Shown in pieces: positions 1 to 8,991 of a stretch of 64,000 bases of DNA; positions within the stretch are counted from its first letter, which is position 1, and the number at the start of each line of letters is the position of its first letter. A model generated the notes under the pieces. It was not told where the DNA came from, made no database searches, and saw only the letters and a program-made list of their open reading frames with translations. The stretch is from NCBI GenBank assembly GCA_038065255.1, contig JBBTRI010000006.1, forward strand, positions 73,240 to 137,239. The letters are read 5' to 3'. The position numbers and the translations under genes are program-made. This DNA is from Patescibacteria group bacterium (lineage in GTDB: Bacteria; Patescibacteriota; Patescibacteriia; JACQRZ01).

Positions 1-1
1 G

Positions 2-334
2 GTCACCAAGCGTTCTTTGAAACGCCGCCACCATATTCATATATGGGAAACTCCCTACAGTATTGATGGTGCGCGGGAGGTATGGGTTGGCGCTGTTCAT
101 TTTGACGAACGTATTAAACTGAAATCACGCATTCTTATCCCAGTTCACGCAATTGATCCGGATATCGATAGTGAGCGCGAGGCATTGCGCCAGGACTTTC
201 GCGCGCATGGCGTAAGTGCATCAGATGAAGAATTCCACATGGTGCAGCCTGCAAGCGGCAAAACGCTTGTCGGTGATGAATTTTTTACTGATGGAAAGGC
301 TGTTATAATCTATCTCGAACCAAATCGTTTTTAA
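2..334 (+). CDS. Partial CDS (5' end outside window); C-terminal fragment of an LssY_C-like domain protein
   Basis: Reading frame is open to window start (no stop upstream of annotated TTG at 17); motifs HIHIW...DG..WVGAVHFD and HAIDPDIDSERE resemble the LssY C-terminal domain family; stop TAA 332-334 shares a TTAA with convergent gene. Confidence 0.4.
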   Translation, partial: VTKRSLKRRHHIHIWETPYSIDGAREVWVGAVHFDERIKLKSRILIPVHAIDPDIDSEREALRQDFRAHGVSASDEEFHMVQPASGKTLVGDEFFTDGKAVIIYLEPNRF

Positions 335-3000
335 CGTTTCGCAAGCTGTCGAATGACAATAGGAATATATTGATCGTTATTCGTACTTTCGACTGCAAGT
401 TTTGTGACAATATGCACGGTGTAATGCCATGTTTCATTTTGCATGGGCGGGTTATCAAGAAATGATTTCTGGTTCAATGGAAGCCCCGAGGCTACTTGGC
501 GCCCAAGTTGCCCCTTTGCAAGCGAACGGTAGACAGAAACGGATTTTGCCGAGGTGAAATATGACGGAATATTCCATTGGACAAGATTTGAATACCCCTG
601 ACTTATAACTCGGATATTCTGCGGACCCAGTGCGGGAGCTGGAGAAATGGTAAGTGTCCAGGGAAATCCTTCGGATTCAAACCCACTGTCTTTTGCTACA
701 TTCACAAGCGTATAGGTATACGGTGTGAAAGGTTCGACATTGTTGTCATACCAACGAGTGGTTGTATTTTTGAACTCCGCGACAGAAATCCCTTTTGTAT
801 AGGGAACTGTTGATCGGTAAATGCGCGTGAGTAATTTTTTGTTGCCGGAATTTTTCCATGAGATTTTGACAGAATTGCCGGTACCTGTTTCAGATACATA
901 TACACCCGATGGTTCTGGAATGCCGGATGTATTTTTTATCAGTATATCTTGATGGGCAGGAGCTGGAGAAATGGGAAAATATCCCAATGATGCAATGTGT
1001 GTAGCGGGTACGGTAGTGATTTTTTGCGCTAACGTTGCGAATGTTCCTTTTTGTTCCAAGATGAGCCCTGCGTTATCAACAGCAGCCACTTTATAATAGT
1101 AGGTAGTCGATGGTTTGAGACCGTGGAGTTTGAATTGTCCTCCGAATTTTTTATCGTTATCTTCAAGAAGAATGTAGGGTCCTCCTTCTTGCGGCGCATA
1201 CATTATTTTCGCTGATGCAATTTTGGTCGTTCCCCAGTTTACTTCCGCGTAGGTTTCTTCTATTTTTGCAGGACCATAGGAATAAAAGTAAAATACTTGT
1301 TCATAGGGCTTGATCTCTATTGGAGGGGATGGCTGCTTTCCTTCGCGGACAGTGATAGAAGATTCAAAGCCGTTTGCGTCGGATGCCGCAATGTCATAGT
1401 AATAGGTTCTGCCTCCGTTCAGAGCCGTATCCGTATAATTGTTTCCTTTCACATTTTTTGCAATGAGCGTAGATACGCCCCGGTCTGTATCTGTGCGATA
1501 CACATTAAATGAAATGAATGCCACATTCACCGGTTCATCCCAGGAAAGTATGAGTGATGAGGTGAGCTTGGGATCGGCAACTCGCAGATTGCGCGGAGCT
1601 GACGCGAGCGTGAGCTTGGCAAACGAGCGGGAAAGAATCCGCTTTCCCAAAACAGGAATGCGCGGCTCGTCACTTGCTTCATTGACGTTCGTAAGGATGA
1701 TATCTTTTGTTTCTTTGACAAGCGGAAAATTCCACTTCAAAAAACTCTGGGAAAAATCAATGCGGGAAAAAGAACTGAGCAGATATACGAAGTAATTTGC
1801 TTTTTGGTATTTCAGGTCAAGCGTCAGGACAGTCGGGTCCTGGTGCCAGCTAGCCGGCTGTTCAACGACATACGGATAAGTGTTGTATGCGCGGAATGTC
1901 TTGCGCAATCCATCGTAGTACGAGAAGAGCATTTTTTGATTATTGGCTTCGCGTGCTGTCTGGGCAATCATGGCATTGAAAATCTCGCTGCGCTGTACCG
2001 TAGGCAAATTAGAAGAGGGGACTATTGTCGTGCCGACGGGGATGGTGAGCGAGGATGAGGGGACATTCAATGTGGAAAAAGGAATGGCAAAGAGTGTGTC
2101 AAAGTTGTCTTTGCGCGATATATACTCTTGGAGCGCTTTGTCATACTTGATGGTGGCGTACTGATCGAGCGTCGTGAAGAAGTCAAAACAGAGCCGCCCT
2201 TTGCCTTGCTTGGCGCACCATTCGTCGGAATAGAATTTTTCCATCACGTTGTTGACTTGTGAGTAGAGAACCACGCCATATAAGCCTTGTATCTCGGCAA
2301 AGCTGTCCGGAAGCGCGCTATCCCAGATATATCCGTCGGCTGTGCCACCTTGGGAAGGAGTGAATACGCGACCCATCTGTCGCAGAATATCCGCTGAGAG
2401 AGGCGCTCGGGGATCTTGTGCTATGAATGGAAAGGTAGTTTCAAAAAAATCATTACGGATATAGACGGCATTGCCAATGGCATACATAGGTACATCCTGG
2501 ATAAGTCTCCCATTGGGGCATGCACCGCTAGCGCCTGGCGCGCAGCGCTCCTCGATGATGAGTTCATGCTCCGGCCGTTCATAGCCCGTGAAATCTTTGA
2601 TGATCTCATATGCGAGCTGGTATTTCTGCAAATAAGGGCGCATGTCAAATGCAAGCTGCATATCGGCAACAGGAGTTTTGGGTGTGGTGACTTTCGTTGC
2701 AAGTCGAGCCGCATCCTGAGGGTGGAGACGCCAGCGGATATTACCGCAGGTGATTGATCCACTTGATGCAAACTCTTCAGCTGATGCATTGCAGTATTGC
2801 TGAGCGTCAACAGGGGTTGAATACAAAAATGATCCAATAAGGATTGTTGATAAGCCTATTCCCACTCCGACTATGTATTTCAGGGAGGCAATTAGACGAT
2901 TTTTTGTTGTATTCATAATGAAAATTAGAAGTAAAAGATTAATACAATTATAGCACAAAAATGCCATTTTGTCAATGCCAGCTTGTGTTGGCTTGGGCAT
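331..3000 (-). CDS. Secreted/cell-surface protein, unknown N-terminal ~480-aa domain plus four C-terminal fibronectin type III-like repeats
   Basis: 889-aa ORF; N-terminal hydrophobic signal/anchor (alternative start MNTTKNRL near 2916); four ~90-aa repeats with FN3 hallmarks (W..P....Y.VYR....NG.Y.Y...A.D..G.ES) in the C-terminal half (approx 331-1600). Confidence 0.6.
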   Translation of the reverse strand: MPKPTQAGIDKMAFLCYNCINLLLLIFIMNTTKNRLIASLKYIVGVGIGLSTILIGSFLYSTPVDAQQYCNASAEEFASSGSITCGNIRWRLHPQDAARLATKVTTPKTPVADMQLAFDMRPYLQKYQLAYEIIKDFTGYERPEHELIIEERCAPGASGACPNGRLIQDVPMYAIGNAVYIRNDFFETTFPFIAQDPRAPLSADILRQMGRVFTPSQGGTADGYIWDSALPDSFAEIQGLYGVVLYSQVNNVMEKFYSDEWCAKQGKGRLCFDFFTTLDQYATIKYDKALQEYISRKDNFDTLFAIPFSTLNVPSSSLTIPVGTTIVPSSNLPTVQRSEIFNAMIAQTAREANNQKMLFSYYDGLRKTFRAYNTYPYVVEQPASWHQDPTVLTLDLKYQKANYFVYLLSSFSRIDFSQSFLKWNFPLVKETKDIILTNVNEASDEPRIPVLGKRILSRSFAKLTLASAPRNLRVADPKLTSSLILSWDEPVNVAFISFNVYRTDTDRGVSTLIAKNVKGNNYTDTALNGGRTYYYDIAASDANGFESSITVREGKQPSPPIEIKPYEQVFYFYSYGPAKIEETYAEVNWGTTKIASAKIMYAPQEGGPYILLEDNDKKFGGQFKLHGLKPSTTYYYKVAAVDNAGLILEQKGTFATLAQKITTVPATHIASLGYFPISPAPAHQDILIKNTSGIPEPSGVYVSETGTGNSVKISWKNSGNKKLLTRIYRSTVPYTKGISVAEFKNTTTRWYDNNVEPFTPYTYTLVNVAKDSGFESEGFPWTLTISPAPALGPQNIRVISQGYSNLVQWNIPSYFTSAKSVSVYRSLAKGQLGRQVASGLPLNQKSFLDNPPMQNETWHYTVHIVTKLAVESTNNDQYIPIVIRQLAKR

Positions 3001-3041
3001 TTGCTATGCTTAAATAGCGATTTTATTATTTTTTATCAGAT

Positions 3042-3647
3042 ATGATTGAAGTTGAGAAAAAATTCCTTCTCAGTGATGAGGAGCGAGAACGGCTCTTGGA
3101 AGGAGCTGAGCTCGAAAGCGAGAGGACATTTACGGACACCTACTACGATACGAGCGATTATGCATTAACAACCAAAGATACGTGGTTTCGATTTCGGGAC
3201 GGTAAGTGTGAGCTCAAGGTACCACGAAAAATGGATGATTATGATGAGCGCGCAATTGATCAATATGATGAGCTTCTGACTGAGCAAGAAATACGGCAGT
3301 ATCTTAGCTTGCCTGCACACAAAACATTTAAAGAAGACTTGGAGTACTCAGGCTATCGGTCGATTGGGACTATCACGACACATCGTAAGGCCTGGCGCAA
3401 GGAAGGTTTCGGAATTGATATTGATTATACGGATACCGGCTATTCAGTTGGAGAGATCGAGTTGCTGGTTGAAGATTCAGAAGGCCTTGAAGAAGCATCA
3501 CGTAAAATTGTTGTATTTGCACAAAAGCATCAACTCACACTCACTCCTGTGCGCGGGAAGTTTGCAGAGCATATTCGCGTGCATAATCCTGAACACTTTC
3601 AATTACTCATTGATGTTGGAGTATTTCCGGCTTCACTCAAAGATTGA
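3042..3647 (+). CDS. CYTH-domain protein (triphosphate tunnel metalloenzyme; class IV adenylate cyclase/thiamine triphosphatase family)
   Basis: N-terminal EVEKKFLL (EXEXK motif of CYTH), acidic beta-strand patches typical of triphosphate tunnel enzymes; 201 aa. Confidence 0.7.
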   Translation: MIEVEKKFLLSDEERERLLEGAELESERTFTDTYYDTSDYALTTKDTWFRFRDGKCELKVPRKMDDYDERAIDQYDELLTEQEIRQYLSLPAHKTFKEDLEYSGYRSIGTITTHRKAWRKEGFGIDIDYTDTGYSVGEIELLVEDSEGLEEASRKIVVFAQKHQLTLTPVRGKFAEHIRVHNPEHFQLLIDVGVFPASLKD

Positions 3648-3652
3648 TATGT

Positions 3653-3676
3653 AAAAAAACCTCTCTAGATGAGAGG
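3653..3676 (-). terminator. Rho-independent terminator for minus-strand transcript (hairpin CCTCTC-tagat-GAGAGG followed by U7 on minus strand)
   Basis: 6-bp GC-rich stem 3660-3665/3671-3676 with A-run 3653-3659 on + strand (U-run in minus-strand RNA); overlaps stop of 3665..4123 ORF. Confidence 0.45.
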
Positions 3677-4123
3677 TCGGGAAGGGAAGTGCGCAAGGCG
3701 GATACGCCACTGCGGTACGCCTTGTTCAGCGCATTCACGTCCTAATACAACAAGAGTAGATCTGAATTTTTTGGGCATAGTAGCAGCATGCTCTGCAAGC
3801 TCTCTACCAAGAGTGGGATCCATGGTTCCAATATGCCTCATGCCGATTGTTATCAGGCGATTAGTGCGGCGTTGCCATTGGATGTGTACACTCAGGGCAA
3901 GAATAGGGCGTACTTGTTGATCGGTAAGTCCTTTTTTGAGAAAGGAATGTTTTAAAACAAAGAACAATGCATCGCAGCTTGTTGCAAAAGCGGTATACCA
4001 TGTGTCTTTCAGCTTGAAGTAGTGAGCCGGATCACCAAGTTTTTCAGGAATCTCCAAATGATTATCTCGCATGGTACGTCGACTGCAGTGATGCCATGCG
4101 GATAATGCTATCGCCGGAAACAT
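3665..4123 (-). CDS. Hypothetical protein (152 aa)
   Basis: Only sizeable ORF filling the 3.65-4.2 kb gap between convergent/divergent neighbours; minus-strand terminator hairpin at its 3' end supports transcription; no recognisable motif. Confidence 0.4.
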   Translation of the reverse strand: MFPAIALSAWHHCSRRTMRDNHLEIPEKLGDPAHYFKLKDTWYTAFATSCDALFFVLKHSFLKKGLTDQQVRPILALSVHIQWQRRTNRLITIGMRHIGTMDPTLGRELAEHAATMPKKFRSTLVVLGRECAEQGVPQWRIRLAHFPSRPLI

Positions 4124-4204
4124 TTTTTGTAAAGATGCACCCCGCGCATAAGCGCTGTTTTTTTATTTGACTGCAGCATGAGTTTTTTATAGAGTAGAGG
4201 TACT

Positions 4205-5977
4205 ATGGGAGTAAACGTCATGCAGAACTTTACCGAAAGTGAGGAAGCACTCATACGTGCCTTTATTTTCACCAACCCCGGAGGAGATATTAGTTTTGTG
4301 TATCCGCAATCGCTGATTGCGGGAGAAGAACTCTCGCCATTGATGTCTGCTTATTCGCGTACCCATGTGCCTATGCAGGAGCGCGTATTGCAGTTCCTTG
4401 ATAAAGAAAAAACCGAGCAGACACGGGCAATGCTCCCGCATATCAAACCACTCATGGAGATTTTCAGAAATCCGGATGGCAGTCTCGCTCTTTCACGCCG
4501 CACGACCAATTTCAATGAAGAGTTTGTTCTGCTTCATGGCCACAGTTCGATTAAAGAAGAAACGAGCATCTTTGGCCACGTAGAGAATGTCTCAGATATT
4601 ACCATGAAAAAAATTACCGGGCATCCTCTCTGCAGACCGCAAGTGAAATCCACGCGCTACCTTTCCTATAAGAGTGCGCTTGATCTTGCACTTGAGGATG
4701 TAGATATCGTGTCGTTGCCGAATGCTGAAAAATTCATCGAATATCTTGCCTTCATGAATCGCCGCTATCTCGAAGTATCTGATCAGCTTACAGATTTTGT
4801 CGAACAACATCCCGATACCACTCTTGTCGTGCAGTACCTTTCAATGCCGGAGCAAGTAGAGAAGGCGACGGAAAAACGATTCGCGCGGCAAAAGAAAGGG
4901 GATCTGAATTATACTCCATCAACCGAAGAATGGGGCCGTGAGCGCGAGAAGGTCATAAAAAGCCTTGATCCCCAAGTAGTTAGAAAAGATATCGCGAAAT
5001 TTGTTTTAGACTCTTCGCGCGTATATCTGACTGCTGCCAATCGCACATCGCTTGGATTCTCTGTTGATGCACGGACACTCGAAGAAATTATCAGCGGACT
5101 CATCTCAAGTCCACGGCAGGAAGATCGTATGTTGGGCGCAAAACTCTGGGAAGAAGCTAAAAAAATCGCGCCGACGCTTTTGGGTGAACGCAGTCATGTC
5201 CGCGTGAGTCCATGGATGGTTCACAACGAAGATGTGCTGCGATCGACTATTGGAGATCTTCTTAAAGATGTTTTGGCTCATAATAGAGGAGGGAGATTTA
5301 TAAATTTGATTACTCCGCAAAAGATGAATATGTATTCGGATCGTTATAACGCTGCGCTTGTGGCGTTTGTTTATTCAGATGCTTCTCTGGAAGATATCTA
5401 TGAAGCGCTGACCGACAAAACGGCATCCGATATTCTGGAGAAAGCGCATGAGATGCGTGGAAGCTACGATATCTTACACCCTTCCATTTCTCACGGAGGT
5501 TTGATTGTCGAAATGGTTAGCGCCTACCATGGCTATCGTGATATGTATCGCCATCGGAGAGGCTCGCGTTCCGTACAACTTCTAACGACGCGTTTGGGAT
5601 TTGAAACACCTGAACTCCTCGTGCTTGCTGGCGTTGCCGATGACTATGAACGCGATATGAAGCACGCGAGCACACTCTATGAAGAAGCGCGTGCTGTCAG
5701 TGTCCATACGGCCGAAAAGCTTGTTCCCTTCGGCGCACTGTGTCGCGCGTTGCATTCCTGGCAGCCGGATCAGATTGGGTATGTGGGTCGCCTTCGTAGC
5801 TTTGCAGTAACCGGCAATATGTCGTACGTCAACCTGACGCGTGAACTGATTGCTGAAGTGGCAAAAATTATGCCGCAAACCGCGTCGTATTTTCGTTACG
5901 ATACGAGCGAGTATCCTGCGCATCTCTGGAAGGCGGGGTATGGATGGTATGATGCCGAGAGGAGGGGGAAAGTATGA
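4205..5977 (+). CDS. Hypothetical 590-aa protein; weak ThyX-like signatures (N-terminal LSPLMSAYSRT resembling ThyX LS..RAARVS, and later RHR motif) - unassigned
   Basis: Long ORF preceded by GAGGT SD-like and TTGACT/TATAGA promoter-like (4170-4200); stop overlaps next start (ATGA at 5974-5977); RHRRGSRS does not satisfy strict ThyX RHR-X7-S so not called. Confidence 0.6.
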   Translation: MGVNVMQNFTESEEALIRAFIFTNPGGDISFVYPQSLIAGEELSPLMSAYSRTHVPMQERVLQFLDKEKTEQTRAMLPHIKPLMEIFRNPDGSLALSRRTTNFNEEFVLLHGHSSIKEETSIFGHVENVSDITMKKITGHPLCRPQVKSTRYLSYKSALDLALEDVDIVSLPNAEKFIEYLAFMNRRYLEVSDQLTDFVEQHPDTTLVVQYLSMPEQVEKATEKRFARQKKGDLNYTPSTEEWGREREKVIKSLDPQVVRKDIAKFVLDSSRVYLTAANRTSLGFSVDARTLEEIISGLISSPRQEDRMLGAKLWEEAKKIAPTLLGERSHVRVSPWMVHNEDVLRSTIGDLLKDVLAHNRGGRFINLITPQKMNMYSDRYNAALVAFVYSDASLEDIYEALTDKTASDILEKAHEMRGSYDILHPSISHGGLIVEMVSAYHGYRDMYRHRRGSRSVQLLTTRLGFETPELLVLAGVADDYERDMKHASTLYEEARAVSVHTAEKLVPFGALCRALHSWQPDQIGYVGRLRSFAVTGNMSYVNLTRELIAEVAKIMPQTASYFRYDTSEYPAHLWKAGYGWYDAERRGKV

Positions 5978-6639
5978 GTATAGAGGTTGTACGCACCTAT
6001 GATTTTACCGAACTGGAACGCAAACTTCGCTCGGTTCCTTTGATGAAAAAAGACGAACAGGGAAGCGAAATCTTCCCGTATCGGCACGCTGACATCCGTT
6101 TGCGGGAATTTCATGTCGGAGAAGTTAATCCTCCGACTTTTTATTTGTTGAAAAAAAACAATGAGTTTCAACAATCGCTTCGTCGCACACTTTGTGAACA
6201 GGGATATGATTCACTTCGTCTGACGGCACAAGCGGCCTCACTTGAACTGTTCAACACAGAGACCAATGAATACTGGACACTTATTCCTCCAATCATTGAA
6301 TCGACAGTGCGGACCATCCGCTATGTACCATTTGGTGATGAAATTGATTACGGACATGCGCCGACCACCGTTACTATCCAGCTTATTTGCGACGGAGCGC
6401 ATCGTGTTGCCATGCTGCGAGAGACAGGCGGAATGTTTGCGGGAATTAGTATTGTCGGATCCAACCCTCGGCATTCCTACTATGCGCATCCCAACGGATG
6501 GGATCAGGTCAGAGAAGTTGATGAAGTGCCCACAACACCGGAAGAAAAAAAATACTACCGATTCAAGGATTGCTATGCACTCTACAGAAACTTTGAGGAT
6601 ATCGGATGCGGCAAACCTCGGGGGTTCGGAGGGTCCTGA
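5974..6639 (+). CDS. Hypothetical protein, possible ParB/sulfiredoxin-like fold (LICDGAHRVAM)
   Basis: 221-aa ORF translationally coupled to upstream gene (ATGA overlap); DGxHR motif reminiscent of ParB/Srx nuclease-like domain. Confidence 0.5.
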   Translation: MSIEVVRTYDFTELERKLRSVPLMKKDEQGSEIFPYRHADIRLREFHVGEVNPPTFYLLKKNNEFQQSLRRTLCEQGYDSLRLTAQAASLELFNTETNEYWTLIPPIIESTVRTIRYVPFGDEIDYGHAPTTVTIQLICDGAHRVAMLRETGGMFAGISIVGSNPRHSYYAHPNGWDQVREVDEVPTTPEEKKYYRFKDCYALYRNFEDIGCGKPRGFGGS

Positions 6640-6649
6640 TCAACATACT

Positions 6650-7912
6650 ATGGCAAAAATTATTCAAATTGTAGGAACGTCCGGCAGTGGGAAATCGACT
6701 GTAGAGGAAAAACTTCGCGAGAAATTAACGGTCGACGGATATATTGTGGAAACGATCATCGAGCCGGGGCCGTTGAATACATTGGCGAAATCCTATCGTT
6801 TGCGACCTGACAAAAATCCTTGGATGGAGACAGCATTGTTTAGTGTTGATCGTTTTATGACCTATACGGAACGAGTGCTGCCAAGAATGCATGAGAAAAA
6901 TCTTATCTTTCTTTCGGTACGCGGGATCTATGATACTATTGTGTATCAGGGATTACGGGGAGGCATCGATATCGAAATGATTAAAAAAATGAATGATGCA
7001 ATTCTTTTTCCCGATCTGACGCTAGCACTTGTAGTTGAAGGGAGTATTGGATTCGAACGTGCGCTTGAACGAAAAAAGGAAACAGGAGAAGAGTTGAGCA
7101 GTAATGAAACGCCAGAAAAAATAGATTTACTTGGCAGTGCCTACAAACGATTGCCTGAATTATTCCCAAATCAATGCATCAACATTATTGATACGTCATA
7201 TCTGACAAAAGAGCAGACTGTCACTATCTGCTACGATCAGATTTGGTCGCTCTTATCATCGCGACCCGCGAACGAAAAACAAAAAATTCTTTCAATTGGT
7301 TTTGATTTGGATAACACGTTGTATAAACCGAACGCAGCAAATAACGAGCGCATTCGCGCCTGTGCATGCCGCCTTGCAAGCGAACAGGTGGGGAGGCCCT
7401 ATGAAGAATTTCGAGCTGCTTTCGATGGGCTGTATGCTAAACTTCAAAGCTGCCGCCAGACGCTCGGCGCACTCGGCGCAACAGATCTGGATGATATTAT
7501 GCAGCAAGCTTTAGAAAAAGGCGTGGATCTTTCTTTTTTAGAAAAAGACCCGCGTCTCAACGGCATCCTCCATGGATTGAAAAAGAACTATTCACTTTTT
7601 CTTATTACGACCAATTCTGAGTCAATGTCATTAAAAAAACTTGAAGCCATCGGTATTGATGTTGATCTTTTTCATCCAAGAATTTATGAGCTTGATCACG
7701 CGCCGCTTACGCGCAAAGATGGTTCGGCGTTCCGCCACGTTTCTAAAGCGCTTGGGATTGATCTTTCCCGTATGCTGTTTGTCGGCGATAGAGCGCAAAC
7801 AGATATTCTTCCTGCAAAAGAGCTTGGCATGGCAACGGCAATCGTGAATGCGCAATCGGTCCATGCGGATTACCAGCTCGATGAGATTTATCAGCTGGAG
7901 GAAGTGTTGTAA
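6650..7912 (+). CDS. Fusion protein: N-terminal thymidylate-kinase-like P-loop dNMP kinase + C-terminal HAD-superfamily hydrolase
   Basis: Start chosen at ATG 6650 (MAKIIQIVGTSGSGKST Walker A) 10 nt after upstream stop; DRF..Y.....AYQG-like segment typical of Tmk; C-terminal IGFDLDNTLY (HAD motif I DxDxT) and VGDRAQTDI (motif IV). ORF-track N-extension 6242 overlaps previous gene in another frame and is rejected. Confidence 0.65.
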   Translation: MAKIIQIVGTSGSGKSTVEEKLREKLTVDGYIVETIIEPGPLNTLAKSYRLRPDKNPWMETALFSVDRFMTYTERVLPRMHEKNLIFLSVRGIYDTIVYQGLRGGIDIEMIKKMNDAILFPDLTLALVVEGSIGFERALERKKETGEELSSNETPEKIDLLGSAYKRLPELFPNQCINIIDTSYLTKEQTVTICYDQIWSLLSSRPANEKQKILSIGFDLDNTLYKPNAANNERIRACACRLASEQVGRPYEEFRAAFDGLYAKLQSCRQTLGALGATDLDDIMQQALEKGVDLSFLEKDPRLNGILHGLKKNYSLFLITTNSESMSLKKLEAIGIDVDLFHPRIYELDHAPLTRKDGSAFRHVSKALGIDLSRMLFVGDRAQTDILPAKELGMATAIVNAQSVHADYQLDEIYQLEEVL

Positions 7913-7990
7913 AAGAAGGAGCCAGATTGAATGTGTCAACAGGGGCATCCCTTCCATTTTTTATATCTAATGGTACACTGAAATTATTCT

Positions 7991-8980
7991 ATGAATTATA
8001 TAGTTACAGGCGGAGCCGGGTTTATCGGGAGTCACATGGTGGATCTTCTGATTAAAGAAGGGCACACTGTCATTGTGGTGGATAATTTATCCAGCGGACA
8101 CAGAGAAAATTTGGAACACCACGGGAATAATCAGCAGCTGATAACCTATCGGCGAAGTGTGTGCGACGGACTCGAAGATATTTTTGAGCATTTCACACCG
8201 ATTGCGGGGATTATCCATTTTGCCGGAGTTCCTGGCGTGCAGCTTTCCATTCAACATCCCGAAACAACCCATCATTTTAATCTCAATGGCACACTGAATT
8301 TGCTGGAAACAGCGCGGCGATTTGGCGTGAAGCGTATCATCTACTCGTCAAGCGCCGCTGTGTATGGCGACCAAGATGTGATGCCTCTGCGCGAAGATGT
8401 GCATCCGCATCCACTTTCGCCCTATGCGCTCCATAAGTTTACTGGCGAAGAATATTGCAGGCTCTATCAAAAGCTCTATGGGCTTGAAACGGTTGCATTA
8501 CGGTATATGAATGTGTTTGGTTCGCGACAGGATCCGGCCGGACCCTATGCTTCGGCAATCCCACGCTTTATCAATCTGCTCTTGCGTGGAGTGCCGCCTC
8601 GCATCAACGGCGATGGTGAACAGACGCGAGATTTTATCCACGTCGAGGATGTTGTTCGTGCAGTGAAGAGTGCGTTGATGTTAGATAACCAATCTATTTT
8701 TGGCCAGGCATTCAATATTGGGTCGGGAATGAGTATCTCGGTGAACGAAGTTGTGCGTCACATCGGTCGCATTGCAGAACAGGAGGTGCGTTCTGAGTAT
8801 GCCCCATCAGTTGTGGAGATTCGCCATTCATGCGCGGATATTTCAAAGGCAAAGGAATTGCTTGGGTGGGAGCCGCAAAAGAATTTGATAGATGGCTTGC
8901 ATGAAACATACCGCCATATGAAAAAGAGCGAAGAAATCATTCCGAGCGAGCCATATGCAATCGGATCACATTTGAGATAA
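7991..8980 (+). CDS. NAD-dependent epimerase/dehydratase (extended SDR; UDP-sugar 4-epimerase/GalE-WbpP-like)
   Basis: N-terminal Rossmann motif TGGAGFIGSH, catalytic YALHK (YxxxK), GDGEQTRDFIHVEDV segment typical of GalE-family. Confidence 0.8.
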   Translation: MNYIVTGGAGFIGSHMVDLLIKEGHTVIVVDNLSSGHRENLEHHGNNQQLITYRRSVCDGLEDIFEHFTPIAGIIHFAGVPGVQLSIQHPETTHHFNLNGTLNLLETARRFGVKRIIYSSSAAVYGDQDVMPLREDVHPHPLSPYALHKFTGEEYCRLYQKLYGLETVALRYMNVFGSRQDPAGPYASAIPRFINLLLRGVPPRINGDGEQTRDFIHVEDVVRAVKSALMLDNQSIFGQAFNIGSGMSISVNEVVRHIGRIAEQEVRSEYAPSVVEIRHSCADISKAKELLGWEPQKNLIDGLHETYRHMKKSEEIIPSEPYAIGSHLR

Positions 8981-8991
8981 TTTTCAGGATA

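Noticed and set aside
3364-3654. 96-aa + strand ORF overlapping the CYTH gene 3' half
   Set aside because: Out-of-frame overlap with a motif-supported gene
4205-5977. Calling the 590-aa protein ThyX (flavin-dependent thymidylate synthase)
   Set aside because: RHRRGSRSVQL lacks the Ser required by the ThyX RHR-X7-S motif and the protein is >2x ThyX length; kept only as a lead in findings
6242-6649. ORF-track N-terminal extension of the kinase-HAD gene (start 6242)
   Set aside because: Overlaps gene 5974..6639 in a different frame for 400 nt; the Walker A sits right after an internal ATG at 6650 located 10 nt past the upstream stop
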